A stretch of DNA of 64,000 bases from a virus. Location of the stretch: positions 122,543 through 186,542 of the IMG/VR virus record IMGVR_UViG_3300023184_000029; one strand, 5' to 3'. Under the pieces are notes generated by a model. It was given only the letters and a program-made list of their open reading frames with translations, ran no database searches and was not told the DNA's origin. The position numbers and the translations under genes are program-made. Positions 17,901 through 27,300 of this stretch are shown here, in pieces; the first letter of the stretch is position 1, and the number at the start of each line of letters is the position of its first letter.

Positions 17901-20113
17901 GCGGTTGTTTATATTCTGATAGTTTAAAAATTAGTAATCTAATAGATGCTGATAGTAAAAAGGTTTCTTTGATTAAGAATAGTGGCATATTATCTATAGG
18001 TCCTTCTATACCTCTAGGAGGTTCAACATATACAACAACAATTAGTACTACTGGTATTATACTAGCTACTAGTGGAGCTGTCTTAATTAAAACTCCACAA
18101 CCATTAAATATTAGCGGGATAATAGTAGATACTTTAAGCGTAAAGAATATTATTAATTTAAAACCGGATGGTAATCCTGTAACTAACTATCCTGGCGGAG
18201 TATTCTATAGCGATGAGAATACGGGACAAACTAATACTTATCAGAATCTTCTTATCAAAGCAGGATCTGATGGTTCTGGTATTCAGATCCCTAATGGTTC
18301 TATTTTAAGTCCTTTATATTTGGATTCAGAAAAATTTATCAGACAGTATGAAGATATTGTTTTGGATCCATCTGGCGTAGAAATAAAAACCTCTTTTAAA
18401 ACTCCTTCTATACAGATAGGTGAGGATAATCCATTTTTTTCTGGAAGTATACTTACCCATAATGGTGAAGGAGATGCCCTTTGGCAACCAGCTACTTATT
18501 TAAATGCAGACGGTGTTAAATGGACTAGATATCTCAAACGATCAGTTTTAGTTAAAAATAATGAGATAGTTTTTACAGAAGGAGATTTGGCAACTTTACG
18601 AAAAGAGTTTCCATATACTGATACTATCGCTGTAGTAAATAATGAAACTAGACAAATTAGTTATGTTAAAGCGGCTGATGGAGATTTTATTATAGATGGT
18701 GTTGGGTCGGTTACTCCGTCTACAGACACTTTCTACACAACAACCGATGGACTAGGAATGAGATTCTGTCCTGTTATTCCTTGGTCTACAGCTTCTGGAG
18801 TATCTGGTGTAGCTTTTGCTGTTAATAGAGGCGGATATTTATCTATGCAGTTAGAGCCCTCTGCGATCAATGGATTTTCTTGTGAATCCAATGATCCAAA
18901 TAGTCCGTATAGATTTAAACCTAGTACACTAAATACTATTAGTATTCGTCCAGATACGGCTACCACATTTAATACTCTAGCTGAAAGAATAGACTTTGCC
19001 ATATATGGACACAAACCCACCCAATATAATAGATATGAAGAGAATATTTTTGCTAAAGATGCACTAGGATTGCCTAGTGGTTTGATCCCAGCATTCAAGG
19101 TTGATTCTCATACATCTAATGCTGTTTCTGGAAGTTTAATTTCTGGAGTTTATCTATCTGGATATTCAGATATAGGTAAAACTTTACCAATAGGTTTTAA
19201 TAAAGACGAATCAGCTAAAACCTGTATCAATACAAAAACTCCTTATATCATTAATAGTATACCTAGTGGATCTTCAACATTAGCTCTATATGCAGATTTG
19301 ACTGTTAACAAATATATATACGCAGAGGGTCTGATAACTCAGAGCATCGTATTGAAACAAGGAGTAAATACTTTTGTTCCAAATGCTCCTTTAACTATTA
19401 ATGCTTCTGGTTATTTGGTATCACAAGTACCCACTGCGCCAGCGTCCATCCCAGATTCTCCAACATCGCTAGTAGGAGTAGAAGGCAATTCTTCTGTATC
19501 ATTAACATGGACCTCTCCAGCTGATGACGGAGGATCTCCTATAACTAATTATCTAATAGAATATAGTGCTAATGATGGCGGGACATGGACAGTATATAAC
19601 AAAGCTCCATCAACTGATACATTCGCCAATATTACAGGTTTAACTAATGGTATAGATTATTACTTCAGAGTTTCTGCAATAAACGAAATCGGGAATGGAG
19701 CTGCTTCAGAAATTTCTAATCAAGTTACACCGGATACTGATGTTCCTGGGGCGCCAACTAATTTACAAATTACTAGACAAAATTTACAAGCAACTTTAAG
19801 TTGGAATAGTCCATCTAATGTTGGTAGTTCTAGCGTAACGGGATACTTTATACAAAGATCTTCTGATGGCGGAAATACCTGGATTAATGCTACTTCAGAA
19901 ATTAATAATATAGTAGCCGCATCTCCAAAAATTTTAACTGGACTAAATAATAACTCTAGATATATATTTAGAATAAGAGCTATTAATAGCAGTGGAGGAG
20001 GAATGTATGCTAGTATAGCTAGTATAGGCACAGACCCATACAATCCTCCAGAACCAGTAGATAATAATGTCTGGGATTTCGGCAAAGTATCGTTCACAGG
20101 AGTTTGTTCATGA
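14927..20113 (+). CDS. Large tail/fibre protein with permuted FGE-sulfatase (CLec-fold) domain and two C-terminal fn3 domains
   Basis: FGE motifs SYYGTYDQGDNVSEW, GGSW, IGFRV and LPSLNEWYKSAYY. fn3 repeats (PDSPTSL...VSLTWTSPADDGGSPITNYLIEYS...YYFRVSAINEIG; PGAPTNL...YIFRIRAINSSG) at about 19445-20030. Confidence 0.8.
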   Translation: MINSPIYIFDNIGSYFSYQNDKFLIGSSLPGYKSLNIDHINAHIPYLVRNVNNSKVLWEIGIGKVVVVNSSICVERVQVVKSSNNDQLVDFSAGGTKSFYIFANEYNFNTGFNNVILKNNNFIADSVRCVYIVDTSDNASEASLPDPSKCAGLELKFKTVGSGSNDLIIKKSNNEILTTLTGSDKFTQVISTGTDWVELKDQIDAPNIKAMGLSDGSYTISSVEGAGDDRSLQFNNDGTIDGTDVYWSSNGQLLFGSSSSSSAHSIIPSSGNSPTIINNDGTNSNFLVKGSGLNNSLFFTYDGKLGLNIPSGATPQTVLHLINNNCKEGIRLENRSSCYPANITLYHKPASSIDANSVVSSLSLAAKNNLGNKVEYGKLQSKALVLTEGSTKGQIELLVDSSGSGVSVLQANPNAVTVGYTSGNALVINNQGASVLGYSNNNITVTNNAININTNNISMTGIFNATKINIGSGSISTLSLPNISPNKLLMVNSSGVLTTNDSSFSIASIPSGRILTTSASGVIVGSLTPEQFFITEKSLSWNQYPARTANVCLKQIAPIDPIPVKEFAIGDQVAIETDTDVFYRIVKDIEIENNNIISILVDSNITVNTVANVKVYSITQGGYLKNTRYVKSGNVSDSTANILSIRPQTDTVFNNLHKDINFLVYGIDNIPALEVFANINQSSSSKGVYTSYNPSTTGVLRIVGDDITKSYYGTYDQGDNVSEWIENDKIYSTDNIEYVAGGSWNSTNANEYKSIRAFPNNTENNKIGFRVRNNLDAAGSAYISNLLDLKFVSVDDMNNPEDTSGLYDYTSSPELLTIPNLGSVPYSFGMTESEITNNQYCKFLNSVALSGDPYSLYNSNMASSGLLGGIARSGSGPYSYSTVSGMVYKPVVYVDYLSALRFINWIDQGAPSGSSYDPDLLNDGAYTISVEDSSVQKKRFQKYGLPSLNEWYKSAYYQPVETIPSVGHSAVTVKRNLPYSLSSGNYASLSVSGCLYSDSLKISNLIDADSKKVSLIKNSGILSIGPSIPLGGSTYTTTISTTGIILATSGAVLIKTPQPLNISGIIVDTLSVKNIINLKPDGNPVTNYPGGVFYSDENTGQTNTYQNLLIKAGSDGSGIQIPNGSILSPLYLDSEKFIRQYEDIVLDPSGVEIKTSFKTPSIQIGEDNPFFSGSILTHNGEGDALWQPATYLNADGVKWTRYLKRSVLVKNNEIVFTEGDLATLRKEFPYTDTIAVVNNETRQISYVKAADGDFIIDGVGSVTPSTDTFYTTTDGLGMRFCPVIPWSTASGVSGVAFAVNRGGYLSMQLEPSAINGFSCESNDPNSPYRFKPSTLNTISIRPDTATTFNTLAERIDFAIYGHKPTQYNRYEENIFAKDALGLPSGLIPAFKVDSHTSNAVSGSLISGVYLSGYSDIGKTLPIGFNKDESAKTCINTKTPYIINSIPSGSSTLALYADLTVNKYIYAEGLITQSIVLKQGVNTFVPNAPLTINASGYLVSQVPTAPASIPDSPTSLVGVEGNSSVSLTWTSPADDGGSPITNYLIEYSANDGGTWTVYNKAPSTDTFANITGLTNGIDYYFRVSAINEIGNGAASEISNQVTPDTDVPGAPTNLQITRQNLQATLSWNSPSNVGSSSVTGYFIQRSSDGGNTWINATSEINNIVAASPKILTGLNNNSRYIFRIRAINSSGGGMYASIASIGTDPYNPPEPVDNNVWDFGKVSFTGVCS

Positions 20114-20625
20114 AATTTAAACCTAAAAGAGACGAGACATCAACCTCTGCACCAGCTTCTAATCAATTGGAAGTAGGGGAACTTGTAATGAATAGTGTCA
20201 CTGGTAAACTTTATACCAAACTAGTGTCAGGAGCAATTGTAGAGTTTGTAGGACAACAAGTATGCTATATAGCAGTACCAGATATAGAGTTCGATAATGT
20301 TTCCGATTTTTGTTGTTATGGTGATGTTTTAACTGTAAAAATCAGAGGATTACAGCCTTCTCCGAAAACTTATTCTTTTGAAATACAAGAACTAACGAAT
20401 AATAATTCAACAACTACTGTTAGAACACCGGTATACTCTAATTATACAGGATCCTCCGTGGCTGGTTCTAATCCTGTAGCTCTTAGAGAAGCTATTATTC
20501 CTATAGACGTAGAGATAAATGGTAATAATCCAATTAGTATTTTTAAGTTTACTGTATTATCTGGTAATATTCCACTAACAGAAAAAACAATATCTATCTG
20601 TTGTAAGAATTGCGGGACTACATAA
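20110..20625 (+). CDS. Virion protein with Mtd-N-like tail-fibre attachment motif
   Basis: The ATG at 20110 overlaps the upstream TGA (ATGA). The N-terminus KPKRDETSTSAPASNQLEVGELVMNSVTGKLYTK matches the 'KR...P...L..GELA.N...GKLY' fibre N-terminal motif. Confidence 0.6.
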   Translation: MKFKPKRDETSTSAPASNQLEVGELVMNSVTGKLYTKLVSGAIVEFVGQQVCYIAVPDIEFDNVSDFCCYGDVLTVKIRGLQPSPKTYSFEIQELTNNNSTTTVRTPVYSNYTGSSVAGSNPVALREAIIPIDVEINGNNPISIFKFTVLSGNIPLTEKTISICCKNCGTT

Positions 20626-20626
20626 T

Positions 20627-21616
20627 ATGTTTTTAAATGAAGCCAATATACCTATTAATGTTTGTACAGATGGTACACTGATCAAATTTTCTCCGGTGTC
20701 ATGCACAGGATCAGGAGCGAATATTAAACCAGCAGATATTTATTTGATAGAATTTTATACAGAAACGACTATTCCTTCCGGAAATATTGTTAATATATCT
20801 CCATCAGGTTATACAATCTCTTCTACCAAATCATTTGTGCCTATGTGTGCTGTTAATATTCAATCAAAGTATCAAGAAGGTAGTCAAACATTAATAAAAT
20901 TAATTATCAAAGATCTATATGAAAATACTTTAAAAACAGAGTATAAAAAATTGGTCTGTTCCTCAACCTCTTCTTCAGTTTGTATTAAACCAGAAGACGA
21001 GCCCATTACTAATTTATATATAGAACTTAATGCTCAAAATGATTGGGAGTATAAATATAATGGATATTCAATTGCTAAATTTGTACCAGCATCTGTACCA
21101 TCCACTATAAAGATAAAATTGCCTCGTAAAGATATTGCATATTTACCACCAAAAGGACAAAATGACCAATTTAAAATTATTTTAGACACTTCCAAACTAT
21201 TACAGTATAATATTACAGCCACTTCTATAAGAGGTACTGTTGGAGGTAATGCTTCTTTAAGTTCAGATAGTGCTGGAAACCAGATTATTATTGTAGATGC
21301 TTTAAATCGTCCATTAGAGCTTATGGTTAATCTACAGATAGGATCTGTTACTAACACTACTACTGGTGGACAAACAGCAACCTTGCCAATATCACTAAAA
21401 CAAGTTTCTAAAAATATAGGCTATAATTCCTCTAAAGCTGCCCCAATTCCTGGTATTAGTATTATAAACTTACGAAATAATAGTAGTCAAACTTATTTGG
21501 GACAATTAATATATAATCCACAGACCTACTTATTAAATGATAAAATAATAGTTATTTATAATACAAATACTATTAATGGAGTACTACAAAGTCCCCTATT
21601 ATTGCTAAATTCCTGA
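20627..21616 (+). CDS. Hypothetical virion protein (beta-rich)
   Basis: 329-aa ORF tightly packed in the structural arm. Confidence 0.7.
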   Translation: MFLNEANIPINVCTDGTLIKFSPVSCTGSGANIKPADIYLIEFYTETTIPSGNIVNISPSGYTISSTKSFVPMCAVNIQSKYQEGSQTLIKLIIKDLYENTLKTEYKKLVCSSTSSSVCIKPEDEPITNLYIELNAQNDWEYKYNGYSIAKFVPASVPSTIKIKLPRKDIAYLPPKGQNDQFKIILDTSKLLQYNITATSIRGTVGGNASLSSDSAGNQIIIVDALNRPLELMVNLQIGSVTNTTTGGQTATLPISLKQVSKNIGYNSSKAAPIPGISIINLRNNSSQTYLGQLIYNPQTYLLNDKIIVIYNTNTINGVLQSPLLLLNS

Positions 21617-21627
21617 TTTGAAATTGT

Positions 21628-21635
21628 GGTGTATA
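21628..21635 (+). promoter_or_regulatory. Candidate late-promoter motif GGTGTATA (second copy)
   Basis: Lies between the stop at 21616 and the likely ATG at 21669. Confidence 0.35.
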
Positions 21636-21668
21636 TCTTATTATAAAAGTAAACCTGAAGGCTATAAA

Positions 21669-22871
21669 ATGAATATTATATCGGAATTTTCTATAGAAAA
21701 GTATAATGGAAAGCTACCTTTTAATTTGATGGTGGCTCCTAGTGGATATATACCAGATCCTAATAATCCTTCCTCGAATATAGTAAATCCGTTATTTGTT
21801 CAGTATAATGAATTCATCAATGGTATTTCTACTATTTATAGTAATCAAACTGTTAATGGTTCTATACCGGTTTTCTGGACTATTCCTAGTGGCGAAAGAT
21901 ATGTTCCTAGTAGTGATTCATCATTAACACAATTATCTTCTGATGAGTCATATTATTTTATAGCAAGATCATCTTATGTATTACCTCTTACAATACCGGC
22001 TATAGGAGGATCTCTTCCGGATGAAAATGCCATAGGCCCGTGTATAAAAGATGTTAATTGTTGTCCTCCTATTTCTTGTTTTATCAATGGAGATCTTAGT
22101 AAAGCCAACAACAAATTTATGAACGACGGACTAGGAGCTTATCAGATCACCATGTCTGGAAATAAGCATACTTTATCCATTCTGGTTAGTGGTTTGATAC
22201 CACAAGAAGAATATAATTATGTTTTATCTAAAGCAGCTGGTAACTGGGACAGCTATATTGCTCCATCTAGTGGTATAATTAAACCTACAAAAGATCTTTC
22301 TCTTATAGAAGCGCAGTTTTATTTTGATCCTTTATATGTTGGTATTGGGGAGGGAAGTTATAGTATATACAACATGCCTCCGGTTATTTTTAATATTTTT
22401 GATTTTAATCTAACTCCTTCATATGAAGGTTGTAATGTTTTTACTCAAGATATTAGTTTTATATGTAATAGTTGTATTACACAGCCTACTCCTAGTCCAA
22501 CCTCAACTCCTACTAGGACTCCTACGCCTACACAATCAGCTACTCCTGGTCCTACAGCTACGCCCGGTCCTACAGCTACTCCTACTCCTACGCCCGGTCC
22601 TACAGCTACTCCTGTAGTATATACCAATAATCTTACAGGTGGTCAAAATGCAGCAGGGGTAACTTTTGCTAATGGTAGTCTTGGTACTTTTGCTTTTAAT
22701 AGTTTATCAGGAGGGACTCTACCTTTTATAATGAAATTATTTATAGGAGGTAATCAAGTTGGACAGGTAACAGCCTTTAGTAACTATTCAGGACAAAACT
22801 TTAGATATACATCTTCTGGTGGACAATCATATACTAGTACATTTGCCGAAGGCAATGTAAGCTTATCGTAA
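21669..22871 (+). CDS. Virion protein with Pro/Thr linker; paralog of 22885..24354
   Basis: The ORF track starts at a TTG (21618), but ATG 21669 is in frame. Contains a PTPSPTSTPTRTPTP...ATPGPT linker and shares middle (INGD.SK...DGL...L.V.V.G..P) and C-terminal domains with the next gene. Confidence 0.75.
   Translation: MNIISEFSIEKYNGKLPFNLMVAPSGYIPDPNNPSSNIVNPLFVQYNEFINGISTIYSNQTVNGSIPVFWTIPSGERYVPSSDSSLTQLSSDESYYFIARSSYVLPLTIPAIGGSLPDENAIGPCIKDVNCCPPISCFINGDLSKANNKFMNDGLGAYQITMSGNKHTLSILVSGLIPQEEYNYVLSKAAGNWDSYIAPSSGIIKPTKDLSLIEAQFYFDPLYVGIGEGSYSIYNMPPVIFNIFDFNLTPSYEGCNVFTQDISFICNSCITQPTPSPTSTPTRTPTPTQSATPGPTATPGPTATPTPTPGPTATPVVYTNNLTGGQNAAGVTFANGSLGTFAFNSLSGGTLPFIMKLFIGGNQVGQVTAFSNYSGQNFRYTSSGGQSYTSTFAEGNVSLS
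22483..22617 (+). repeat. Coding Pro/Thr repeat with an 18-bp unit (ACKCCYGGTCCTACAGCT)
   Basis: actcctggtcctacagct / acgcccggtcctacagct occurs three times, encoding TPGPTA. Confidence 0.8.
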
Positions 22872-22884
22872 ATAGGAAAAACTT

Positions 22885-24354
22885 ATGTCTAAAACAATCA
22901 CTAAACAAATAGAACTAGTACAATTTTTAACAGATAATAAAAATATTGTTGATTTACCAGGGTATTTAAATTTAAAGTTAATATATAGAGTATCATCAAA
23001 TGGAACTTACTATGAAGGCTGGGATAGTAGTTCAGTATTTAATGATTTCGATAGTTTAGAAAAATATAAATTTTATCTTATTGTTAGTAAAACTACAAAC
23101 TATACTTTATATAGCGAGCCTGATCAATCTCCTACTATAAATCCCCCACTACCCACATGTCCAACCATAGCCGTTACTCCTACTCCGATTGAGAATTGTA
23201 GTATGCAATTAGCTATTAATGGAGATGCTAGTAAAAAAACAGGAGCTTATGTTTTTGATGGCCTTGATCACAGAACAATAACTCTATCTGGACAGGGAAA
23301 CAATGAACATAGACTATCAGTTATGGTAACGGGCGTTTTACCCGGTAGAGCATATAGCTATAATATTACAGAAGTTGATAGCAATGCAGATTATATATTG
23401 TCTGTATCCAGTGGTACATTTTCTCCTAGTAATAAACACCATATTATTAATACTAAATTTTATTTTGAAAATAATGAGAATAATAAAGAAACATTTGGAT
23501 ATTGCGGAACGACCGAAAATTCTTGTCCACCATCTAAACCATATGTATTATTTAATATTTATATTAGTGGACCAAATGGCTTGTCGTCTACATGTTATGC
23601 TATTAATGAAAGTATAGATATTTTATGTAATGATTGTTTATCTTTTTGTTGTGATGTTGCTGTTCCAACAGCTTCTTTTAGTCCGGCAAATATGATAGTA
23701 CCCGCTGGTAGATGTGATTTAAATAATCCTGTTGATGTTAATATTACAAATGGACAACCAGGATATAATTACAATTATTTATTTAGTAGCGATAATCCTG
23801 ATATAACAATAAGTCCTGTTAGCGGAATATTTTCTGTTGGTTCTACAGGAAGTGCAAATTTTTCTACCCTGGTAAATGTTAATGATAATTCACCGTCTAT
23901 TATCAAGGTTACAGTTACCGATCCTATAACAAATAAGAGTAGCATGGATTTCTTAACAATTACTTGTACTAATATCATAGTACCTTCTACCCCAATACCA
24001 TCAAGTCCACCAACAACTCCGGTTCCAACCCCGGTTCCAACCCCGGTCCCAACATCATCAGTAGCATTAAATACAACTATTACTGCTAATGTAGATTTGG
24101 GAGGATTTTTCCAAGGAACATCTTCTGGTATAACATTTGTTGCTGGTTCAAGAAATAGTAGATTCTCATTTAATGCTCAGAACTCCCCTAGCCAACTTCC
24201 TGCCGTTATGGAAATACGCAAGAATGGTGTTGAAGTTGCTAATGTAACATTTTTAGGAAGCTATACTGGAACAGATTGTTCTATATTTATTAATGATGGA
24301 AGTATGACTACTCCGTTTGTTACGAAATTTATAGCTGGCATAGTGAGTATATAA
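22885..24354 (+). CDS. Virion protein with Pro/Thr linker; paralog of 21669..22871
   Basis: 489 aa with the shared domains. A 12-bp repeat ccggtyccaacm x3 at about 24019-24054 encodes PVPT. Confidence 0.75.
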   Translation: MSKTITKQIELVQFLTDNKNIVDLPGYLNLKLIYRVSSNGTYYEGWDSSSVFNDFDSLEKYKFYLIVSKTTNYTLYSEPDQSPTINPPLPTCPTIAVTPTPIENCSMQLAINGDASKKTGAYVFDGLDHRTITLSGQGNNEHRLSVMVTGVLPGRAYSYNITEVDSNADYILSVSSGTFSPSNKHHIINTKFYFENNENNKETFGYCGTTENSCPPSKPYVLFNIYISGPNGLSSTCYAINESIDILCNDCLSFCCDVAVPTASFSPANMIVPAGRCDLNNPVDVNITNGQPGYNYNYLFSSDNPDITISPVSGIFSVGSTGSANFSTLVNVNDNSPSIIKVTVTDPITNKSSMDFLTITCTNIIVPSTPIPSSPPTTPVPTPVPTPVPTSSVALNTTITANVDLGGFFQGTSSGITFVAGSRNSRFSFNAQNSPSQLPAVMEIRKNGVEVANVTFLGSYTGTDCSIFINDGSMTTPFVTKFIAGIVSI

Positions 24355-24357
24355 ATT

Positions 24358-27300
24358 ATGAGTATAAAAGTTAATGTTACATTTTTAGATAAGGGTATTA
24401 ATATATTCTCAACGTGGATGTCACCGAACGGTGGTCAGCAGATCAGTGTTCAGCCCCAATATATAGATATCAAGACAGAGACAGGAACCCTATTAACCAA
24501 AATCCAGAACGGTACTAATTATTCTGGACAAACTGGAGTTCGTCTTAGATGTGATATTTATTACTTTCTTTTATCAGGAACAACAACCTTACAAGACTAT
24601 CTGTCTTTTAATTTTATATTATATGGATATGCAAACCCTTTTTATTATTATATTAATACTTCTCCTTCGGATGTTGATAATCTTACTGATATAAACAATA
24701 CTATAACTATAGTAGGCAATAAAATACTTGAATATAGTGGCGACGGCATACCCATATCTAATGGTTCTTTGAGGATATCTGTACCAGATATTTATAAAAC
24801 AACAACGTCGCCAGCAGAACTAATTTTTCCAAGAACTATCAATGGGCTGATCGTTAACAATATTGGAAGAAGAAGTAATTCTGTTCCCTCGCTAGCAAAA
24901 GACCCGCCCTATAATCTCAGTCCTATGTACTATGGTAAAGGCCCCACAGAAGATAGACAAACGTTTGTGCCAGTTTTTGATATTGCAAATACAACAACTA
25001 TTAAAATACCATATAATATTCGAACAATAGGACAAAGTGTATTTTGTCCAGAAAGTTTTACACGCGGAATTAATCCTCCTGGTTTACTTTTTGGATTGAA
25101 CCTTAATTCTGATAAGCTTAAAAGAGTAGAATTGCCTGATAGCTTACAGACTATAGATACTGAAGCATTTTTTAAGTGTAAAAATCTAGATACTATTAAT
25201 TTTCCATCTTCTTTAAAGTATATTGGGAATTATTCTTTTTCACAAACCAAATTATCTAATATCGATCTATCATTATGCAATGATTTGAGAGATCTTAAAT
25301 TTGCAGCCTTTAGCGATTGCAACTCAGGCCCACTAAATAATATAATTTTGCCTTCTGGTGTTAATTCATATATTGATTCACCAGCTATTTTTGATAGATC
25401 TAATTATATTACTAATATTAGTGTTCAGGGTACAGGAAAATACTTCTCCAATAACAATACTATCTATGCAACAATTAACCCTAATTCTGCATTAGCTCCT
25501 CTTTTAAATACTACCAGCGCAGCTCCTGTTATATCTATAAATACTAATTTAACTATTCCTCCACAGGTCGGAAATTATGTTATTGATAATATACTAGCCA
25601 ACTTTTATCCAGAGGGATACTCTTTTACCAAATTAAATATATCCGAAAGCTATATTAGAATATTGCTACCCTCAAGCCTAGAAGCATATAATAGCACATC
25701 TAATATTGTTATGCCTTCTTCTTTAGTAGATGTGCGTGGGGATATTTTTCGAAGAAATCCCTATTCTACTGTCTCTTATGCAAGACCTAGCAGTATTTAT
25801 TTTCTTGGGAATCAACCAGCTTTTGATAGCAACATACCTAATAGTTTGTCGTATGATGCAAAATTTTATAGACTCTCCAATAAAACATGGAATTCTTCTA
25901 ATATTTATGGTATACCAGTAGTTATAAGTGTTCCTCCTCCAACACCCACACTTCCTCCTCCAACACCAACAGCCACACCCATCCCGCCAACACCAACACC
26001 CACAATTCCTCCGACCCCTCCCGGTGTTGTACAAAATTTTACAACAACTTCTGTGGCGGGAGGTATTAGTTGTTCTTGGAGTGCTCCTAGTAGTGCTGGA
26101 AATGCCGGAGCAAGAATAATATCTTATATATTACAAGTTAGAAACCCGTCTAATATAGACGATCTTAATAATTTAAATTATAGCACATCATCTACTTCTT
26201 TTTCTTTCTCTTTTCCAGCACTTAGTGTTATTGGTTATAATGTTTCTATAGCTGCTGTTAATTCAAACAATTTGGTATCAAATTATTTAACTTTTTTCTT
26301 AAATGAAACCCCACCACTACCAAGTCCCACAAACACCCCTGTTCCAACAGCTACTCCTACTAGTACTCCTGGTCCTACTACTAGTCCTACACCAACAGCA
26401 ACTTTGCCGCCTTTAGCACTACAAGAATATCTTACGTTTACCATTCCCAATGGCCCTAAGATCATAGATATGACATGCTCAGATGATCCTTATGATATAT
26501 CATTGATTGCTGGAGATTCATTCAATAATGGTATATGGACAGAAGAGGTTTATATAAAGGATATTGATACATGGACAAAGCCTCTTATGCCTCCATCAGA
26601 TGGTAGTATTAGATATTCTAGTATTTCTTCTTTTAATAATAATAGCGGCTTGCTCATTGCTGGTACTAAGCCTAGTGGTGGTTTTCCTTACTCATATAAT
26701 AGTCCAGCTCCTGTTTATCTAACAGCAGATAAAGGAAATAATTGGAAAAATATAGGATCTAATACTAGATGGTTGCAGGTTGTTAGTTCTAGTAGTGGTG
26801 CTGTTGTAGCGGCACTCAGTATGTCTTCTTCTCCGTCTGAGCTTTATGTATATACGGCTACAGGAGATCCAAATGATCTAGTTAATACTATTGGTGATTT
26901 GACCCTTAAAAAAACTTTCACATTGTTCAGTATTAATCTGGCTTCATCTAAAATATGTATTTCTGATGATGGGACTAAAATTGTGGTTGCTGTATATGGA
27001 GGAGCAGTATGGTTATCTGAAGATTCTGGAGAAAATTGGACATCAAAATTTGTAAATGCTGGTTGGACTCAATTAGCCTGTTCTAGTGATTGTTCCAAAA
27101 TTGCTGCTTGGGATGATGGAAATTACCGTTTATTTTTATCAAATAATACAGGAAATACATATAGCATTATTAGTAGTAATAAAATTAAAGGAAATTATCC
27201 TCATAACATAAGAATGGATGTTGATTTAGGTAGATGCACTCGTAGATTATCTATGAGTAAAAATGGTCAGAATCTTGTATTATTGGTATTTGATTCTAGT

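Noticed and set aside
21618-21668. N-terminal extension MKLWCISYYKSKPEGYK from TTG 21618
   Set aside because: It starts 1 nt after the previous stop with no RBS and contains the putative promoter motif. ATG 21669 is the more likely start.
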